A program made the position numbers and the translations under genes. The notes beneath the pieces are model-generated. The model worked only from the letters and a program-made list of their open reading frames with translations, was not told the DNA's origin and ran no database searches. 64,000 nucleotides of DNA from an uncultured bacterium (GTDB taxonomy: Bacteria > Bacteroidota > Rhodothermia > Rhodothermales > UBA10348): NCBI GenBank assembly GCA_943788505.1, contig CALSQR010000002.1:569213-633212 (forward strand), in the 5' to 3' direction. Positions 9,625 through 20,177 of this stretch are shown one piece after another. How positions within the stretch are numbered: position 1 is the first letter of the stretch; every line of letters begins with the position of its first letter.

Positions 9625-11457
9625 CTACTCGACCGTTACGCTCTTGGCAAGATTGCGTGGCTGATCAACATCACATCCCCTCAAGACGGCAATGTGGTAC
9701 GAGAGTAGTTGCAATGGAATCACGGTCAGTAACGGACTCAGCAATTCAAGCGTCTTTGGGACATGGATGACATGTTCGCACAAATGATCAAGTTCTCCCG
9801 GCTCTGCATCTGTAACTACGATGACAACACCATCTCGGGCCACAACTTCTTCAATGTTTGAAACCACCTTCTCATAGGTACTATCCTTCATGGCCACGAA
9901 TACGACCGGCATAAACTGATCAATTAGGGCGATGGGGCCGTGCTTCATCTCAGCCGCGGGGTAGCCCTCTGCATGGATATAGGATATCTCTTTCAGTTTC
10001 AACGCTCCCTCGAGGGCCACAGGAAAGTTTGGACCTCGACCCAGATACAGAAAATTCGATGCGTATCGGAAAAGCTTTGCGATCGATTCGATGTTCTCTG
10101 CATTTTTCAGAACCGTCTTGATCTGGGCAGGAATAGCGCGCAGAGCCGTGACGTATTCACTCATTTGAGCATCATCAAGCGTGTTATTGCATCCCAGTCT
10201 AAGCGCAATCTGAGCAAGCACCGTTACTTGAGCGGTAAATGCCTTTGTTGACGCAACACCTATTTCAGGGCCTGCATGCAAGTAAACACCAGCATCTGTT
10301 TCGCGAGCGATCGTTGAACCGACCGTGTTGCAAATACCATACACCGGTACATTCTGACTCTGTGCCTCGCGAACTGCGGCTAGCGTATCTGCGGTTTCCC
10401 CACTTTGCGAGATAACAAGCACTGCATCGTCGGGACGAAGAATGGGATTGCGATATCGAAATTCGGACGCGTACTCCACTTCTACAGGGATCCTGACCAA
10501 TGATTCGATCAAGTATTCCCCAACAAGCGCCGCATGCCAGGATGTACCACAGGCACAAATGACAATGCGGGAGGCATTACGAAGGGACTCTACGGCATCC
10601 ATCAGACCACCAAGCTGGACCCAGGGCTCTGCGTCGTAGAGCCGTCCACGCATGGCATTTTCCAAGGAATCGGGCTGCTCCATGATTTCCTTGAGCATGA
10701 AATGCTCAAACCCGCCTTTTTCGATCTGCTCCAGATCCCACTCGAGTTCGTGAATCTTTTTGTTGAGCTTTACCTCGTCGACCGAAAACACCTTGAATCC
10801 GTTTCGGCGGATTACGACTAGTTCACCATCGTTCAAATAGACGACTTTGCGGGTGTATTCGATGATTGGAGCAGCATCTGAGCCCAAAAAGTATTCGTCT
10901 TCCCCTACACCTAGGATCAGCGGGGATCCCTTGCGCGCTGCAATCAACATGTCCGGATCATCCCTCGACACAAGCGCAATGCCATACGTACCATGCACCT
11001 GACTCAGTGCCTGACGAACCGCTTTCCCCAGGGAAAGACCCGTTCGCTTGTGGACGTCTTCAATCAGACGAACCAACACTTCCGTATCTGTCTGGGAAGA
11101 AAATGTGTAGCCACGCCCCGACAACATGTCTCTGAGCGATGTGTAATTCTCAATGATGCCGTTGTGAACGAGTGCAAACGAGCCATCTGTGCTCTCGTGT
11201 GGATGTGCATTTACGTCGTTGGGGGGTCCGTGAGTTGCCCAGCGAGTATGACCGATTCCGAGGCAGCCCCTCAATGGTGACTGATCAAGCGATTCAGATA
11301 GCTTCGCGATCTTGCCGCTTTTCTTTCGGACGGCTAGACCATCATTGACAATGGCTATACCCGCAGAGTCGTAACCACGGTATTCAAGCCGAGATAATCC
11401 CTTAATGAGAATCTCTTGAGCTTGACGCTCTCCGATATATCCTACGATACCACACAT
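9625..11457 (-). CDS. glmS: Glutamine--fructose-6-phosphate aminotransferase
   Basis: Starts MCGIVGYIG, the N-terminal Cys nucleophile. Two SIS domains and a C-terminal ...VDQPRNLAKSVTVE. The start was moved 10 codons inside the track ORF. Confidence 0.9.
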   Translation of the reverse strand: MCGIVGYIGERQAQEILIKGLSRLEYRGYDSAGIAIVNDGLAVRKKSGKIAKLSESLDQSPLRGCLGIGHTRWATHGPPNDVNAHPHESTDGSFALVHNGIIENYTSLRDMLSGRGYTFSSQTDTEVLVRLIEDVHKRTGLSLGKAVRQALSQVHGTYGIALVSRDDPDMLIAARKGSPLILGVGEDEYFLGSDAAPIIEYTRKVVYLNDGELVVIRRNGFKVFSVDEVKLNKKIHELEWDLEQIEKGGFEHFMLKEIMEQPDSLENAMRGRLYDAEPWVQLGGLMDAVESLRNASRIVICACGTSWHAALVGEYLIESLVRIPVEVEYASEFRYRNPILRPDDAVLVISQSGETADTLAAVREAQSQNVPVYGICNTVGSTIARETDAGVYLHAGPEIGVASTKAFTAQVTVLAQIALRLGCNNTLDDAQMSEYVTALRAIPAQIKTVLKNAENIESIAKLFRYASNFLYLGRGPNFPVALEGALKLKEISYIHAEGYPAAEMKHGPIALIDQFMPVVFVAMKDSTYEKVVSNIEEVVARDGVVIVVTDAEPGELDHLCEHVIHVPKTLELLSPLLTVIPLQLLSYHIAVLRGCDVDQPRNLAKSVTVE

Positions 11458-11552
11458 ACGAGGATGGGGAATGGACGGCCAACACAAAAGTCAGCCGTGA
11501 AGTAAGTTTTGCTGCATTATCTGCCTTTTTACCAGCAACAATCCTGCCGATT

Positions 11553-12581
11553 TCAGTCGGTTCTGCTAGGCATAGTTCGACCAACAGCCTTTGCGATATC
11601 TCTCACTTGTGACATGAGCTCATCGAACTGATCGAAAAAGAGAGATTGCGGACCATCGGAAAGGGCGACATCCGGATCAGGATGCACTTCGATCATGAGC
11701 CCGTCTGCTCCCGCAGCTACTCCAGCTCGTGCCATTGGCATGACCTTGTTTCGAAGCCCCGTGCCATGGCTGGGATCTACGATGATGGGGAGATGACTTC
11801 GGGACTTGATGACCGGCACTGCAGATAAATCGAGCGTATTCCGGGTATAGGGTTCAAACGTACGAATCCCTCGTTCGCATAAGACGACATTAGGATTGTT
11901 TTCTGCCAGAATGTATTCCGCGCTCATCAACCACTCTTTTATGGTTGCAGACAAACCACGCTTGAGAAGGACGGGCAGCCCTGTCTGGCCAGCAACTCGT
12001 AACAAGGGATAGTTTTGCATGTTGCGAGCTCCAATCTGAATCATATCGGCATACTGACCGATGACATCTGCCTGAGCTGGCTCCATCATCTCCGTGACCA
12101 CTTTCAGGCCATGAGCATCAGCCGCCTCTCGCATCATGATCAGGCCATTCTCCCCCAGACCCTGAAAAGCGTAGGGCGACGAACGAGGTTTGAAGGAGCC
12201 GCCACGTAAAATCGTTGCACCTGCCTTTGCGACTGCTGCAGCTGAAGAGTGGATCTGTTCTTCGGACTCTACTGAACAAGGCCCAGCCATTACGACGAGT
12301 TCGTTGCCACCAATAATGACGTCGCCAACTTTAGCCTCAGTGGGTTCACTTTTCCAGGCGCGGCTGGCAAACTTATACGGTTCAGAAACCCGATGAACAT
12401 CCGAGACGCCATCGAGCAATTCTATATGGCGTGGATCGAATTCGGGATGGACACCTACGGCACCCAATACGGTCCGTTCACTTCCACTGGATCGGTGAAC
12501 ATCAAATCCGTGATCATTTAGCGCCGCTATTACGGACTCGATCTGAGACTCATTGGCCCCGACCTGCATGACTACAACCAT
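11553..12581 (-). CDS. 3-deoxy-7-phosphoheptulonate (DAHP) synthase, class I-beta with N-terminal regulatory ferredoxin-like domain
   Basis: The core resembles the KDO8P/DAHP synthase family ([13 protein letters not shown]..., HPDPD). The N-terminal ~75 aa form an extra domain, as in Thermotoga-type DAHPS. Confidence 0.8.
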   Translation of the reverse strand: MVVVMQVGANESQIESVIAALNDHGFDVHRSSGSERTVLGAVGVHPEFDPRHIELLDGVSDVHRVSEPYKFASRAWKSEPTEAKVGDVIIGGNELVVMAGPCSVESEEQIHSSAAAVAKAGATILRGGSFKPRSSPYAFQGLGENGLIMMREAADAHGLKVVTEMMEPAQADVIGQYADMIQIGARNMQNYPLLRVAGQTGLPVLLKRGLSATIKEWLMSAEYILAENNPNVVLCERGIRTFEPYTRNTLDLSAVPVIKSRSHLPIIVDPSHGTGLRNKVMPMARAGVAAGADGLMIEVHPDPDVALSDGPQSLFFDQFDELMSQVRDIAKAVGRTMPSRTD

Positions 12582-12586
12582 CAGGA

Positions 12587-13879
12587 CTACCCTCCGATCT
12601 GTACCAAATGGTACGATTTCTTGCCTTTGCGAAGCACAAACAACTCACCTTCGATAGCTTGATCGATCGTCATGCGAGCATTTTCATCTTCAATGCGCTC
12701 TCCATTGAGAAATAATCCTCCTTGTCGGATGAGCCGTCGGGCCTCACCATTTGATGAGGTGATCTCAGCCTGAGAGCATACGTCGAGCATTCCCATTCCC
12801 TCTCCTTCGAGGGCTTCCTTAGCTAACATGATCGATGGGACGTCCTCAAAAATGTCCCTCAAGTCCTTCACTCCTAGGTTTTCCATTGAGCCACCAAAAA
12901 GTACCTTCGAGGCCATCTCTGACTTCGCGAGCTCGCTCTCACCGTGCAGCGCTGTCGTGATATGGCGCGCCAGCGTTCGCTGCGCCTCACGAGCTCCTGG
13001 ACGCTCGTTCACTTCAGCCTCAAGGCCGTCAATCTCTTCGCGAGAGAGCCATGTAAAGGATTTTAGGTAGTGGATAACGTCGCGATCGTCCGTGTTCATC
13101 CAGAACTGATAGAACTTGTACGGAGACGTGAGTTCTGGATCGAGCCAAACGTTTCCAGCTTCGGACTTGCCGAACTTAGTACCGGATGCATTCGTGACGA
13201 GCGGGAAGACGAGACCGTGAGCCTTGTTACCATTCACCCGACGAATCAGATCTGTACCCGCAAGGATATTTCCCCATTGATCTGATCCACCCATCTGAAG
13301 CGAACAATCTCCACGCCGATTCAGCTCGAGGAAGTCATAGGCCTGTAGCATCATGTAGGTGAACTCCGTGTACGAAATACCATCTTCCGACTCGATCCGC
13401 CTTTTGACGGATTCTTTGGACAGCATGTAGTTCACGGTGAAATGCTTTCCCGTATCGCGCAGGAAATCGATCAGCTGCAATTGACCGAGCCAGTCATGAT
13501 TATTTTCGATGCGCGCAGGATTGCCTTCCCGTTCGAAGTCGAGAAAATGAGATAACTGGGCTTTGATGCCCGCAATATTCTCTTCGACTTTCTCCTTATT
13601 TAGCAGTTGACGCTCAGCCGTCTTTCCACTCGGGTCGCCAATAAGGCCGGTTCCTCCGCCAACTAGTGCAATCGGGGTGTGCCCAAAACGCTGTAGGCGC
13701 GCCAATCCCATGATGGGCAGTAAGGAGCCGACATGCAGGCTGGCTGCCGTAGGATCAAATCCGATGTAGGCCGTGACCGACTCTTTTGCGAGCAGGTCCT
13801 TCAGACCCGGCGTTGCATCGTAGAGCAAGCCCCGCCATTCGAATTCGTCGTAGATGTTGCCCTTGGCACTCATGGTCAC
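12587..13879 (-). CDS. tyrS: Tyrosine--tRNA ligase
   Basis: HIGH-type motif (LHVGSLLPI), KMSKS-type motif (KFGKS) and a C-terminal S4 domain. Confidence 0.9.
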   Translation of the reverse strand: MTMSAKGNIYDEFEWRGLLYDATPGLKDLLAKESVTAYIGFDPTAASLHVGSLLPIMGLARLQRFGHTPIALVGGGTGLIGDPSGKTAERQLLNKEKVEENIAGIKAQLSHFLDFEREGNPARIENNHDWLGQLQLIDFLRDTGKHFTVNYMLSKESVKRRIESEDGISYTEFTYMMLQAYDFLELNRRGDCSLQMGGSDQWGNILAGTDLIRRVNGNKAHGLVFPLVTNASGTKFGKSEAGNVWLDPELTSPYKFYQFWMNTDDRDVIHYLKSFTWLSREEIDGLEAEVNERPGAREAQRTLARHITTALHGESELAKSEMASKVLFGGSMENLGVKDLRDIFEDVPSIMLAKEALEGEGMGMLDVCSQAEITSSNGEARRLIRQGGLFLNGERIEDENARMTIDQAIEGELFVLRKGKKSYHLVQIGG

Positions 13880-13966
13880 GGAAGATTGTCGTTCGGAAAA
13901 TTAAGATGAACCGGCATTCCGGATCAAAAAATGGCCTTGTAGACCCTTGGAATCGAGGGCAGTTCC

Positions 13967-15031
13967 TTAGCGATATCGCTCAAGTCTGAAGTTTTCTCCA
14001 AGATAACGGCGGCGTACCTCCGGATCCGAGGCTAATGCTTCGGCCGTGCCTTGCTTGAGGATCATACCTTCGTAGAGCAAATAGGCACGATCTGTAATGG
14101 CAAGGGTTTCATGAACGTTATGATCTGTGATCAGCACGCCGATTCCTCGCTCTTTCAAGCGAGCCACTATAGACTGAATATCCTCCACTGCAATAGGGTC
14201 AACCCCTGCAAACGGCTCGTCCAGCAAAAAGAAGGATGGCTTTGTAGCCAACGCACGAGCAATTTCAGTCCGCCTACGCTCCCCACCGGAGAGCGTATAT
14301 CCTTTTGAATGTCGAACTTTTTCGAGGCCAAATTCGCGAATCAAGTCTTCAACCCGCTCCTTGCGGTCATTTCTCGAAATGTCTTGATACTCGAGGACGG
14401 CCGACAAATTCTCTTCCACACTCAGGTGGGAAAATATCGACGCTTCTTGAGCCAGGTATCCAATTCCACGCCGAGCCCTCTCATACATTGGAAGATCTGT
14501 GATGTCTTCGTCACCTAGACGGACTCTTCCTCCATCCGGACGAATCATTCCCACGATCATATAGAAGGTCGTCGTTTTTCCTGCTCCATTCGGACCAAGT
14601 AATCCAACGATTTCGCCTTGGCGGACAGTCAGTTCGATGGCTTTTACAACGGAACGCTTGCGATACCGCTTAATCAGCCCATCCGCTTTCAACTCCAGCG
14701 TACCTGGCGCAAACACTCTTTCCGGGGCCTCAAGCGACTCATGCATGGTCGTCGATTTACGAACAATCTCATCCATCACCGGATCGATAAGATGCTCTTC
14801 TCCCGGCCCAGCCGGAAGCACAGCACTATTGGGAATCATCCGATACGCCTGCCTCCAAGCGTTTACGGCTTTGTCTTCTTGTAATTCGGCTTCATACGCC
14901 TGGGCCAGCAGCACGTGTGCAATGACGTAGGTCGGCACCATTTCAACGAGGCCTTCCAACATGGGAATGGCCTTCCCAGGTTGCCCTGCCTTGAAATGCT
15001 CAAACGCCTGTTCTATTTCGCTCAGTGCCAT
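13967..15031 (-). CDS. lptB: LPS export ABC transporter ATP-binding protein LptB with ~100-aa N-terminal extension
   Basis: Walker A (GPNGAGKTT), signature motif (LSGGERRR), Walker B ([10 protein letters not shown]) and the LptB-like C-terminus. The N-terminal ~100 aa are TPR/helical-like, so the start could alternatively be the internal MHESL. Confidence 0.75.
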   Translation of the reverse strand: MALSEIEQAFEHFKAGQPGKAIPMLEGLVEMVPTYVIAHVLLAQAYEAELQEDKAVNAWRQAYRMIPNSAVLPAGPGEEHLIDPVMDEIVRKSTTMHESLEAPERVFAPGTLELKADGLIKRYRKRSVVKAIELTVRQGEIVGLLGPNGAGKTTTFYMIVGMIRPDGGRVRLGDEDITDLPMYERARRGIGYLAQEASIFSHLSVEENLSAVLEYQDISRNDRKERVEDLIREFGLEKVRHSKGYTLSGGERRRTEIARALATKPSFFLLDEPFAGVDPIAVEDIQSIVARLKERGIGVLITDHNVHETLAITDRAYLLYEGMILKQGTAEALASDPEVRRRYLGENFRLERYR

Positions 15032-15080
15032 GGAGGCTGTGTTGTGCCAGTTGGACGATGAGAGATAATTGCTTTGAAAG

Positions 15081-16502
15081 TCATCTCGAAGAACTCACGG
15101 TCGTTCGCTCGAGATACGCATCCCAGAACTGGGCACCTGTGCGGCGCCGATTCGGGCGATCTTCAGGGGTGAAGATAAAGCCCGGCAGATTGGCGAGTTG
15201 ATCGAGGAGAGCCCCTGAATAATAGGTGCCCTCGACCCCCTCATAAAACGCGACTCGATCCAAGGCACCTGCCGTAAAGGTAAACGTCATGCCATCCCCT
15301 GATGCTTTAGCACCAACCGACCCTCCGTTTTCTTCAGATTCGAAAAAGAAAACAGCTTCCGCATTGTCCGAAATAGCCAAAGAGCGGAGAGAATCAGCGA
15401 CCATGACCGCTATTAGGGTCTGTCCCCTGAGTTGGTTTGTGCGTCCTGACATTGAATCTGGGGTAGCGACAAACACATTACCTACGCCAAAAATCGAGTC
15501 AGCTAGAGCGCCAGAGGTAATTCTAAGGTCGTCAGATCGCATCTGAGTATCTTGTACCCAAGCCATAGGTTGGCCAAAAATACGGGCTTCAGTACGATCA
15601 TTACTCGAATCCTGAGTGGTTAAGGAGTCCGCCCGAAGGTCATAGGAAGGGGCAGACACGACAACCGAATCAACCGCCGTCATACTCCCATCCGGTCGAA
15701 TCGTAAACCGGGATGCAACCATGAAAACCGAGTCTTGAGCGGCATCGTCTAGGCGGGCAAGTCGAGCCGAACCACTGACCACGACTAAATCCCTTCCAGC
15801 ATCCCTGAATAGCGAATCTGCTACCATAAAGACACGAATTGAGTCTTCCATGGATGCACGAAGCGCTGCAATATGCCCCCATGCCCACGATTCGCCTGAC
15901 TCTCTAAGATGCACGACTGAATCAGCATTCACCGTCATGTCCTCCTGTGTCAGGACCACTTGTTGAGAGAAGGTAGCCCTGTTTTCCTTCGACATATACA
16001 CTGCCTGTTGGGCAACGAGCGTCGCTGCACTGTCCTCATACGTCACACCGTCAACAAACGCTGTACGCTCCTCATTGGAGAAATAGGTGGCAGAAGGGGC
16101 ACGCAGAACTACCGACCCATCCGTCAGACTCACGTTACCCTCGGCCAAACCGATTTTCGTTTCCTTTTGGTACCGGACACGATCGGCGCGAATGGTATCA
16201 CCCTTTTCGATGATCTCGACATCACCCCAAAAACGGATAAAACCGGTACCCTCATCCATTCCATTCCGTGCTTTGAGTCGAAACTCATCCTGAATGAACA
16301 CGGGCCTGAGCCAATCTGAAATAGTTCTGTCCCCAACCGTTCTGACTGAAAGCGAATCGAAGCTCACTTGCACTTCTCTGGTTTCCTCTTGAGCTATCGA
16401 GGGCTGAGCTGTACCCAAGAAAAGGACCAACAGAGCACTTAAGGATCCGGTCTGCAATAATATGTGAGCTCGTCTATTCATCTTCGACAAGTACAGTACC
16501 AC
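15081..16502 (-). CDS. OstA/LptA-like periplasmic protein (enlarged)
   Basis: Signal peptide and a beta-rich 473-aa protein immediately upstream of lptB. The assignment rests on position and composition. Confidence 0.4.
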   Translation of the reverse strand: MVLYLSKMNRRAHILLQTGSLSALLVLFLGTAQPSIAQEETREVQVSFDSLSVRTVGDRTISDWLRPVFIQDEFRLKARNGMDEGTGFIRFWGDVEIIEKGDTIRADRVRYQKETKIGLAEGNVSLTDGSVVLRAPSATYFSNEERTAFVDGVTYEDSAATLVAQQAVYMSKENRATFSQQVVLTQEDMTVNADSVVHLRESGESWAWGHIAALRASMEDSIRVFMVADSLFRDAGRDLVVVSGSARLARLDDAAQDSVFMVASRFTIRPDGSMTAVDSVVVSAPSYDLRADSLTTQDSSNDRTEARIFGQPMAWVQDTQMRSDDLRITSGALADSIFGVGNVFVATPDSMSGRTNQLRGQTLIAVMVADSLRSLAISDNAEAVFFFESEENGGSVGAKASGDGMTFTFTAGALDRVAFYEGVEGTYYSGALLDQLANLPGFIFTPEDRPNRRRTGAQFWDAYLERTTVSSSR

Positions 16503-17043
16503 TCACTCTAGCTAGAGAGAAGTCAGCTAGATTCTCGTCTGCATCGAGACCATATCCTGAAAGCTGTTCAGTGGGTGTCGTAATGGTGGCAAAACCTGGA
16601 GTAGAAACACGGGCTGTGAGTTCTGACCAGGATAGGTGCTCGCTTTGAACACTGCGATCCGATCCGGAAAGAACCTGAACATCGCCTCGTGCCTCGAAAC
16701 GACGCGCTCGTTCTTGGTAGGTAATCTGCTGACTCGTAACGACAGCTGAGGTATCCCCATCAGCATCAAAAATTATGACGGTAACTCGGCCAATCTGCTC
16801 ATCAGCTCCAGAAAGTATCATCCACGTACTATCAGGCGTTTCCCACCGAGCCATATACTCCGCATTCATGGTCAGGCGTTGCTTTCCATCTTCCATGATT
16901 TGCATAGACGTATTCCAGCTCTCAGATGCCGGAGCGTTCTCCTCTTTGAGCGTCTGTACAGTCACGCCAGAATCGTGCATCCTGCAGGCCAGCGCCAGCG
17001 GAAGCAAAATTAGTAGAGTGGGTAGAGTACGTGCGAGGGTCAT
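16474..17043 (-). CDS. LptC-like protein
   Basis: 189 aa with an N-terminal anchor, upstream of and overlapping the lptA-like gene. The assignment is positional. Confidence 0.35.
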   Translation of the reverse strand: MTLARTLPTLLILLPLALACRMHDSGVTVQTLKEENAPASESWNTSMQIMEDGKQRLTMNAEYMARWETPDSTWMILSGADEQIGRVTVIIFDADGDTSAVVTSQQITYQERARRFEARGDVQVLSGSDRSVQSEHLSWSELTARVSTPGFATITTPTEQLSGYGLDADENLADFSLARVSGTVLVEDE

Positions 17044-17106
17044 ATGAAAGCAGTCAAGAGTTCGTCAGATGATACGCAGCCAGATAATACACTTTCTCGT
17101 TGGACA

Positions 17107-17976
17107 CTATAGTTGCAGCATTTCTCCTGGCAGCGCAATACCCCAGTTCGACGTGGCAGCCGATGATGTTTCGGCTAGCAAAGTGGCAAACCGATCACAC
17201 GTCTCTTCTAGGGACATAACAGGACCATCGCTAATCGGTGCATATATAGCTGCGGCCACATTGTTGCTTTCGGTTGTTGTTTTCGTCGCCTGAGAGTCTT
17301 TAACAGCATTCACTATCGGGCGGTCCATATCGTTTCCGCTCGAAGCACACCCGACAATCAGATCACACAATGAAATATCCTGACCTGTCGAATTAAATAC
17401 ATAGGATTCATCGTCCTTCCCAAGACGGAAAATGAATTCCGTCGTTGCCGCCAAGTCGACATCCCAAATAGAAATAGGTAACAAGGAGGCTAGGCTTAAC
17501 CCGTTGCAGCAATCCACTAATGCATTGATTCGAGGAAACGCTGATTCAGATGCTGCGCGCAGCAAGTATTCCGAAGCCGGCTTTGCTCTACCCGTAGGTT
17601 TGTACAAACCATTCCGAAATACATCCCGAATGAGTTTTCGGTACTCATCTTGTGCGGGAGACAATCCTGCAGCCCTCTCCTTGAGGGTTTCTTCGATCAA
17701 CTGCTCCAAACCAGGAAGCACTGCGCTCGCCGTAACCCCTTGAGCAACTACTATTCCAAGGCGAAGAGCCTCTGGTCCATCGTGGTGAAATTGAAGTGCC
17801 ATCGAGTCGGTATATTGAGTGAGGGGACAGATGTAGCATTGAACGGCGTCGATGAAACGTGTTTCCCTTCGAGAGATGCTCTGTTTGCCCCCTTGAACAT
17901 GCTTTAGTTTACACCGGGTTAGCCGATAATCAACCCTGATACTTAGTGTAAAACAAGCACACCACTGGTTATGCAA
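17107..17976 (-). CDS. B3/4 (tRNA-binding-like) domain protein
   Basis: The segment NALVDCCNGLSLASLLPISIWDVD resembles the B3/4 domain core (N-LVD--N-VSL--G-P-H-FD-D). Confidence 0.5.
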   Translation of the reverse strand: MHNQWCACFTLSIRVDYRLTRCKLKHVQGGKQSISRRETRFIDAVQCYICPLTQYTDSMALQFHHDGPEALRLGIVVAQGVTASAVLPGLEQLIEETLKERAAGLSPAQDEYRKLIRDVFRNGLYKPTGRAKPASEYLLRAASESAFPRINALVDCCNGLSLASLLPISIWDVDLAATTEFIFRLGKDDESYVFNSTGQDISLCDLIVGCASSGNDMDRPIVNAVKDSQATKTTTESNNVAAAIYAPISDGPVMSLEETCDRFATLLAETSSAATSNWGIALPGEMLQL

Positions 17977-18324
17977 GCGACAACAATGAACTTTCTAATC
18001 GAACCGATCACGCACGATACTATCGTGATCAGGGTCGGAAAGGCCCTAGATTTCCGCAATGCTGCGGATTTCAAAGCAGCAGCCCAGGAGCAAGTCCGCA
18101 ATGGAATCAGGAGCTTTGTTCTGGATTTCACTGATACTGGCATCTTGGATTCGACGGGTCTTGGATCCATCTTTTCCCTCTATCGCCAGGTCTCTCCTAT
18201 GAGTGGCCAGGTAGTATTCGCATCTGTTTCCCGACCGGTACAGGTCGTCGTGCAGTTGACTCGCACCTATAAGGTATTCCGTCAATTCCCGTCTGTGGAA
18301 GCTGCTCGCGAAGCGCTACGATAG
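17971..18324 (+). CDS. STAS-domain anti-sigma-factor antagonist (SpoIIAA/RsbV-like)
   Basis: 117 aa with a DFTDTGILDSTGLG region, the putative phosphorylatable Ser in the DSTGLG context. Confidence 0.75.
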   Translation: MQATTMNFLIEPITHDTIVIRVGKALDFRNAADFKAAAQEQVRNGIRSFVLDFTDTGILDSTGLGSIFSLYRQVSPMSGQVVFASVSRPVQVVVQLTRTYKVFRQFPSVEAAREALR

Positions 18325-18364
18325 ATCCCTCTGATTTAACCACTCAGTTTTCTACCCGGAAAAC

Positions 18365-18781
18365 ATGGAAGTCACCAGACAAAACTTCAATCATCTGGAT
18401 GCTGTGATTGACGAGCTGCATGCACTCTTCGAGTCGTGGGAGCAGGAGGACGCACTGCTTTCTCATCTCGATCCGAATACGATTCAGCTTTTCCGTCTTG
18501 CCGTTCATGAATGGGTGGCTAACCTAGTTCAGCACGCGGATTTTACTGATCGCGAACCGGAACTCGTCTTGGATGTGATTCCGAATGGCCAGCGCGTCCG
18601 CTGCGTAATTGAAGACAATTCTGAAGGATTCGCTTTTCCAGAACAACTGGATGTCCAGCGAAGTGCCTTGACCCCCTTCCCCGAACGTGGAATGGGACTC
18701 CTCATGCTCAACGCCGCAACTGAGTATTTCGAATACTCTGAGACCGATGATGGTCGTCGGCGCCCTGAGTTCACCGTTTGA
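18365..18781 (+). CDS. Anti-sigma regulatory factor / serine kinase (RsbW/SpoIIAB-like HATPase)
   Basis: N-box-like EWVANLVQH and G-box-like ERGMGLLML, in a 138-aa protein. Confidence 0.7.
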   Translation: MEVTRQNFNHLDAVIDELHALFESWEQEDALLSHLDPNTIQLFRLAVHEWVANLVQHADFTDREPELVLDVIPNGQRVRCVIEDNSEGFAFPEQLDVQRSALTPFPERGMGLLMLNAATEYFEYSETDDGRRRPEFTV

Positions 18782-18795
18782 GCTGATGCAGACCA

Positions 18796-19985
18796 ATGGC
18801 TCAACATTCCATTCTCATAGTAGAGGATGAGCACACCCTGCGTCGGCTCTTAGAGTACCGACTGGGCAAGCAGTATGACGTCCGTACCGCATCGAATGGC
18901 GAAGAGGCCATCGAGCGTGTCAACGAAGAACTGCCAAACCTCATCATTTCCGACATCATGATGCCTAAAATGGATGGCTTTGCCTTGCAGGCAGCCCTCC
19001 AGGAAAGGCAAGACACCCGGGCTATCCCGTTCATCTTCTTGACTGCCAAAGCGGATGAGACCAGCCTCCTTAAAGGCCGTCGTACAGGTGTAGACGATTA
19101 CATCACAAAACCCTTTGACATTGACCAGTTGTTATCAAGGGTAGACCGACTGCTCGATCGCACGGCGATGTTCCAAAATCAGTTGGATGCGAAGATTGGA
19201 CATGACTTCTCGCAGAAACTGATGCCCAAAAACTCCCTGACGTACCTGGCTATCGGGCATGGTTCCACACATCACCTCGTGAACACGGTGGTGGGGATAT
19301 CTTTGACTGGACTCAACCACGTCCGGGCACCTATTTCATCACAATTGGTGATGTCATGGGCAAAGGCCTTCAGGCCAAATTTTACGCCTTTAGCTTCCTT
19401 GGCTACATCCGTTCGACGCTACACACGATGTTGCAGACAACAGACTCGCCAGCTGAACTGATGAAGCGGGTGAATCAAGTCCTTATGGATGATCCACCAC
19501 TTGAGGACACATTCGCATCCCTCCTGCTCCTGCGATGGGAGCCTGAGCGCAATCTAATCACCTATGCAAATGCGGGACATTGCCGCCCAGTCCTGATTGG
19601 ACCGCGCGGACCAGAAATTGTCACGTATTCAGACATGATTCTGGGTCTTGATGAGGATGCTGAATTCAAGGACACGTCTATCATTATGCAACCGGGCTCT
19701 GCCTTAGTCTCTTACACAGACGGACTGCTCGAACAGAACATGAACTCGGGCGAACAGCTCGGCGAAGATAGCGTCATGAAAGCCGTATCCGGAGCATTCG
19801 GAAATGGTCACCCTGTCGACCGGTTGATCAGCAATGTGCTTGATGACAGCGCGGTCCGAGAGTTCGGCGATGACATCCTGCTCTTCTGGCTCGAACGCGA
19901 AACGTCCAGAGAAAGGGAAAGGCCTACGCCTCGCTGGTTTTCTCCCTTCGGAGAAGGACGCGAGTCAGGAGCGAGTACAGTATGA
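18796..19985 (+). pseudogene. Response-regulator receiver + PP2C (SpoIIE/RsbU-like) phosphatase, interrupted by a 1-nt frameshift in an A5 run
   Basis: The receiver domain (ILIVEDEHTL...DIMMPKMDG...) is in frame 1 up to QKLMPKN. The PP2C part (LPDVPGYRAWFHTSPREHGGGDIFDW...GDVMGKG...) continues in frame 0 from 19206. The switch point is cccaaaaactccc at 19225-19237, and one extra A restores a 397-aa protein. Confidence 0.7.
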
Positions 19986-19987
19986 AT

Positions 19988-20021
19988 AATGCGCGCCGGT
20001 TTACCGGCGCGCATTTTCTTT
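19988..20021 (+). terminator. Rho-independent terminator
   Basis: Perfect 12-bp stem aatgcgcgccgg / ccggcgcgcatt with a ttta loop and a T-rich tail, right after the stop codon. Confidence 0.65.
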
Positions 20022-20177
20022 ATGTGGGTCTCCATCGTTTATCACCTTGCGCAGATCACCTACCCCCCTCGACATTTCAGGCCCCAATTATATCAGGACA
20101 CAGCAAACCATTGAATTTGCTACCTGAATTGCTGTTAATTGCACCCTGAATAGAAGCATGAGTCGAGCTCATATCTG

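Noticed and set aside
9625-11600. glmS ribozyme upstream of glmS
   Set aside because: The short 5' region (11458-11552) lacks the conserved glmS ribozyme core, and the element is not expected outside Firmicutes-like lineages.
18796-19985. Treating 18796-19461 and 19356-19985 as two separate overlapping genes
   Set aside because: The tail of the first ORF after the receiver domain is non-homologous garbage. The second ORF's frame is open upstream to 19206 and encodes the conserved PP2C N-terminal motifs. A single frameshifted gene explains both.
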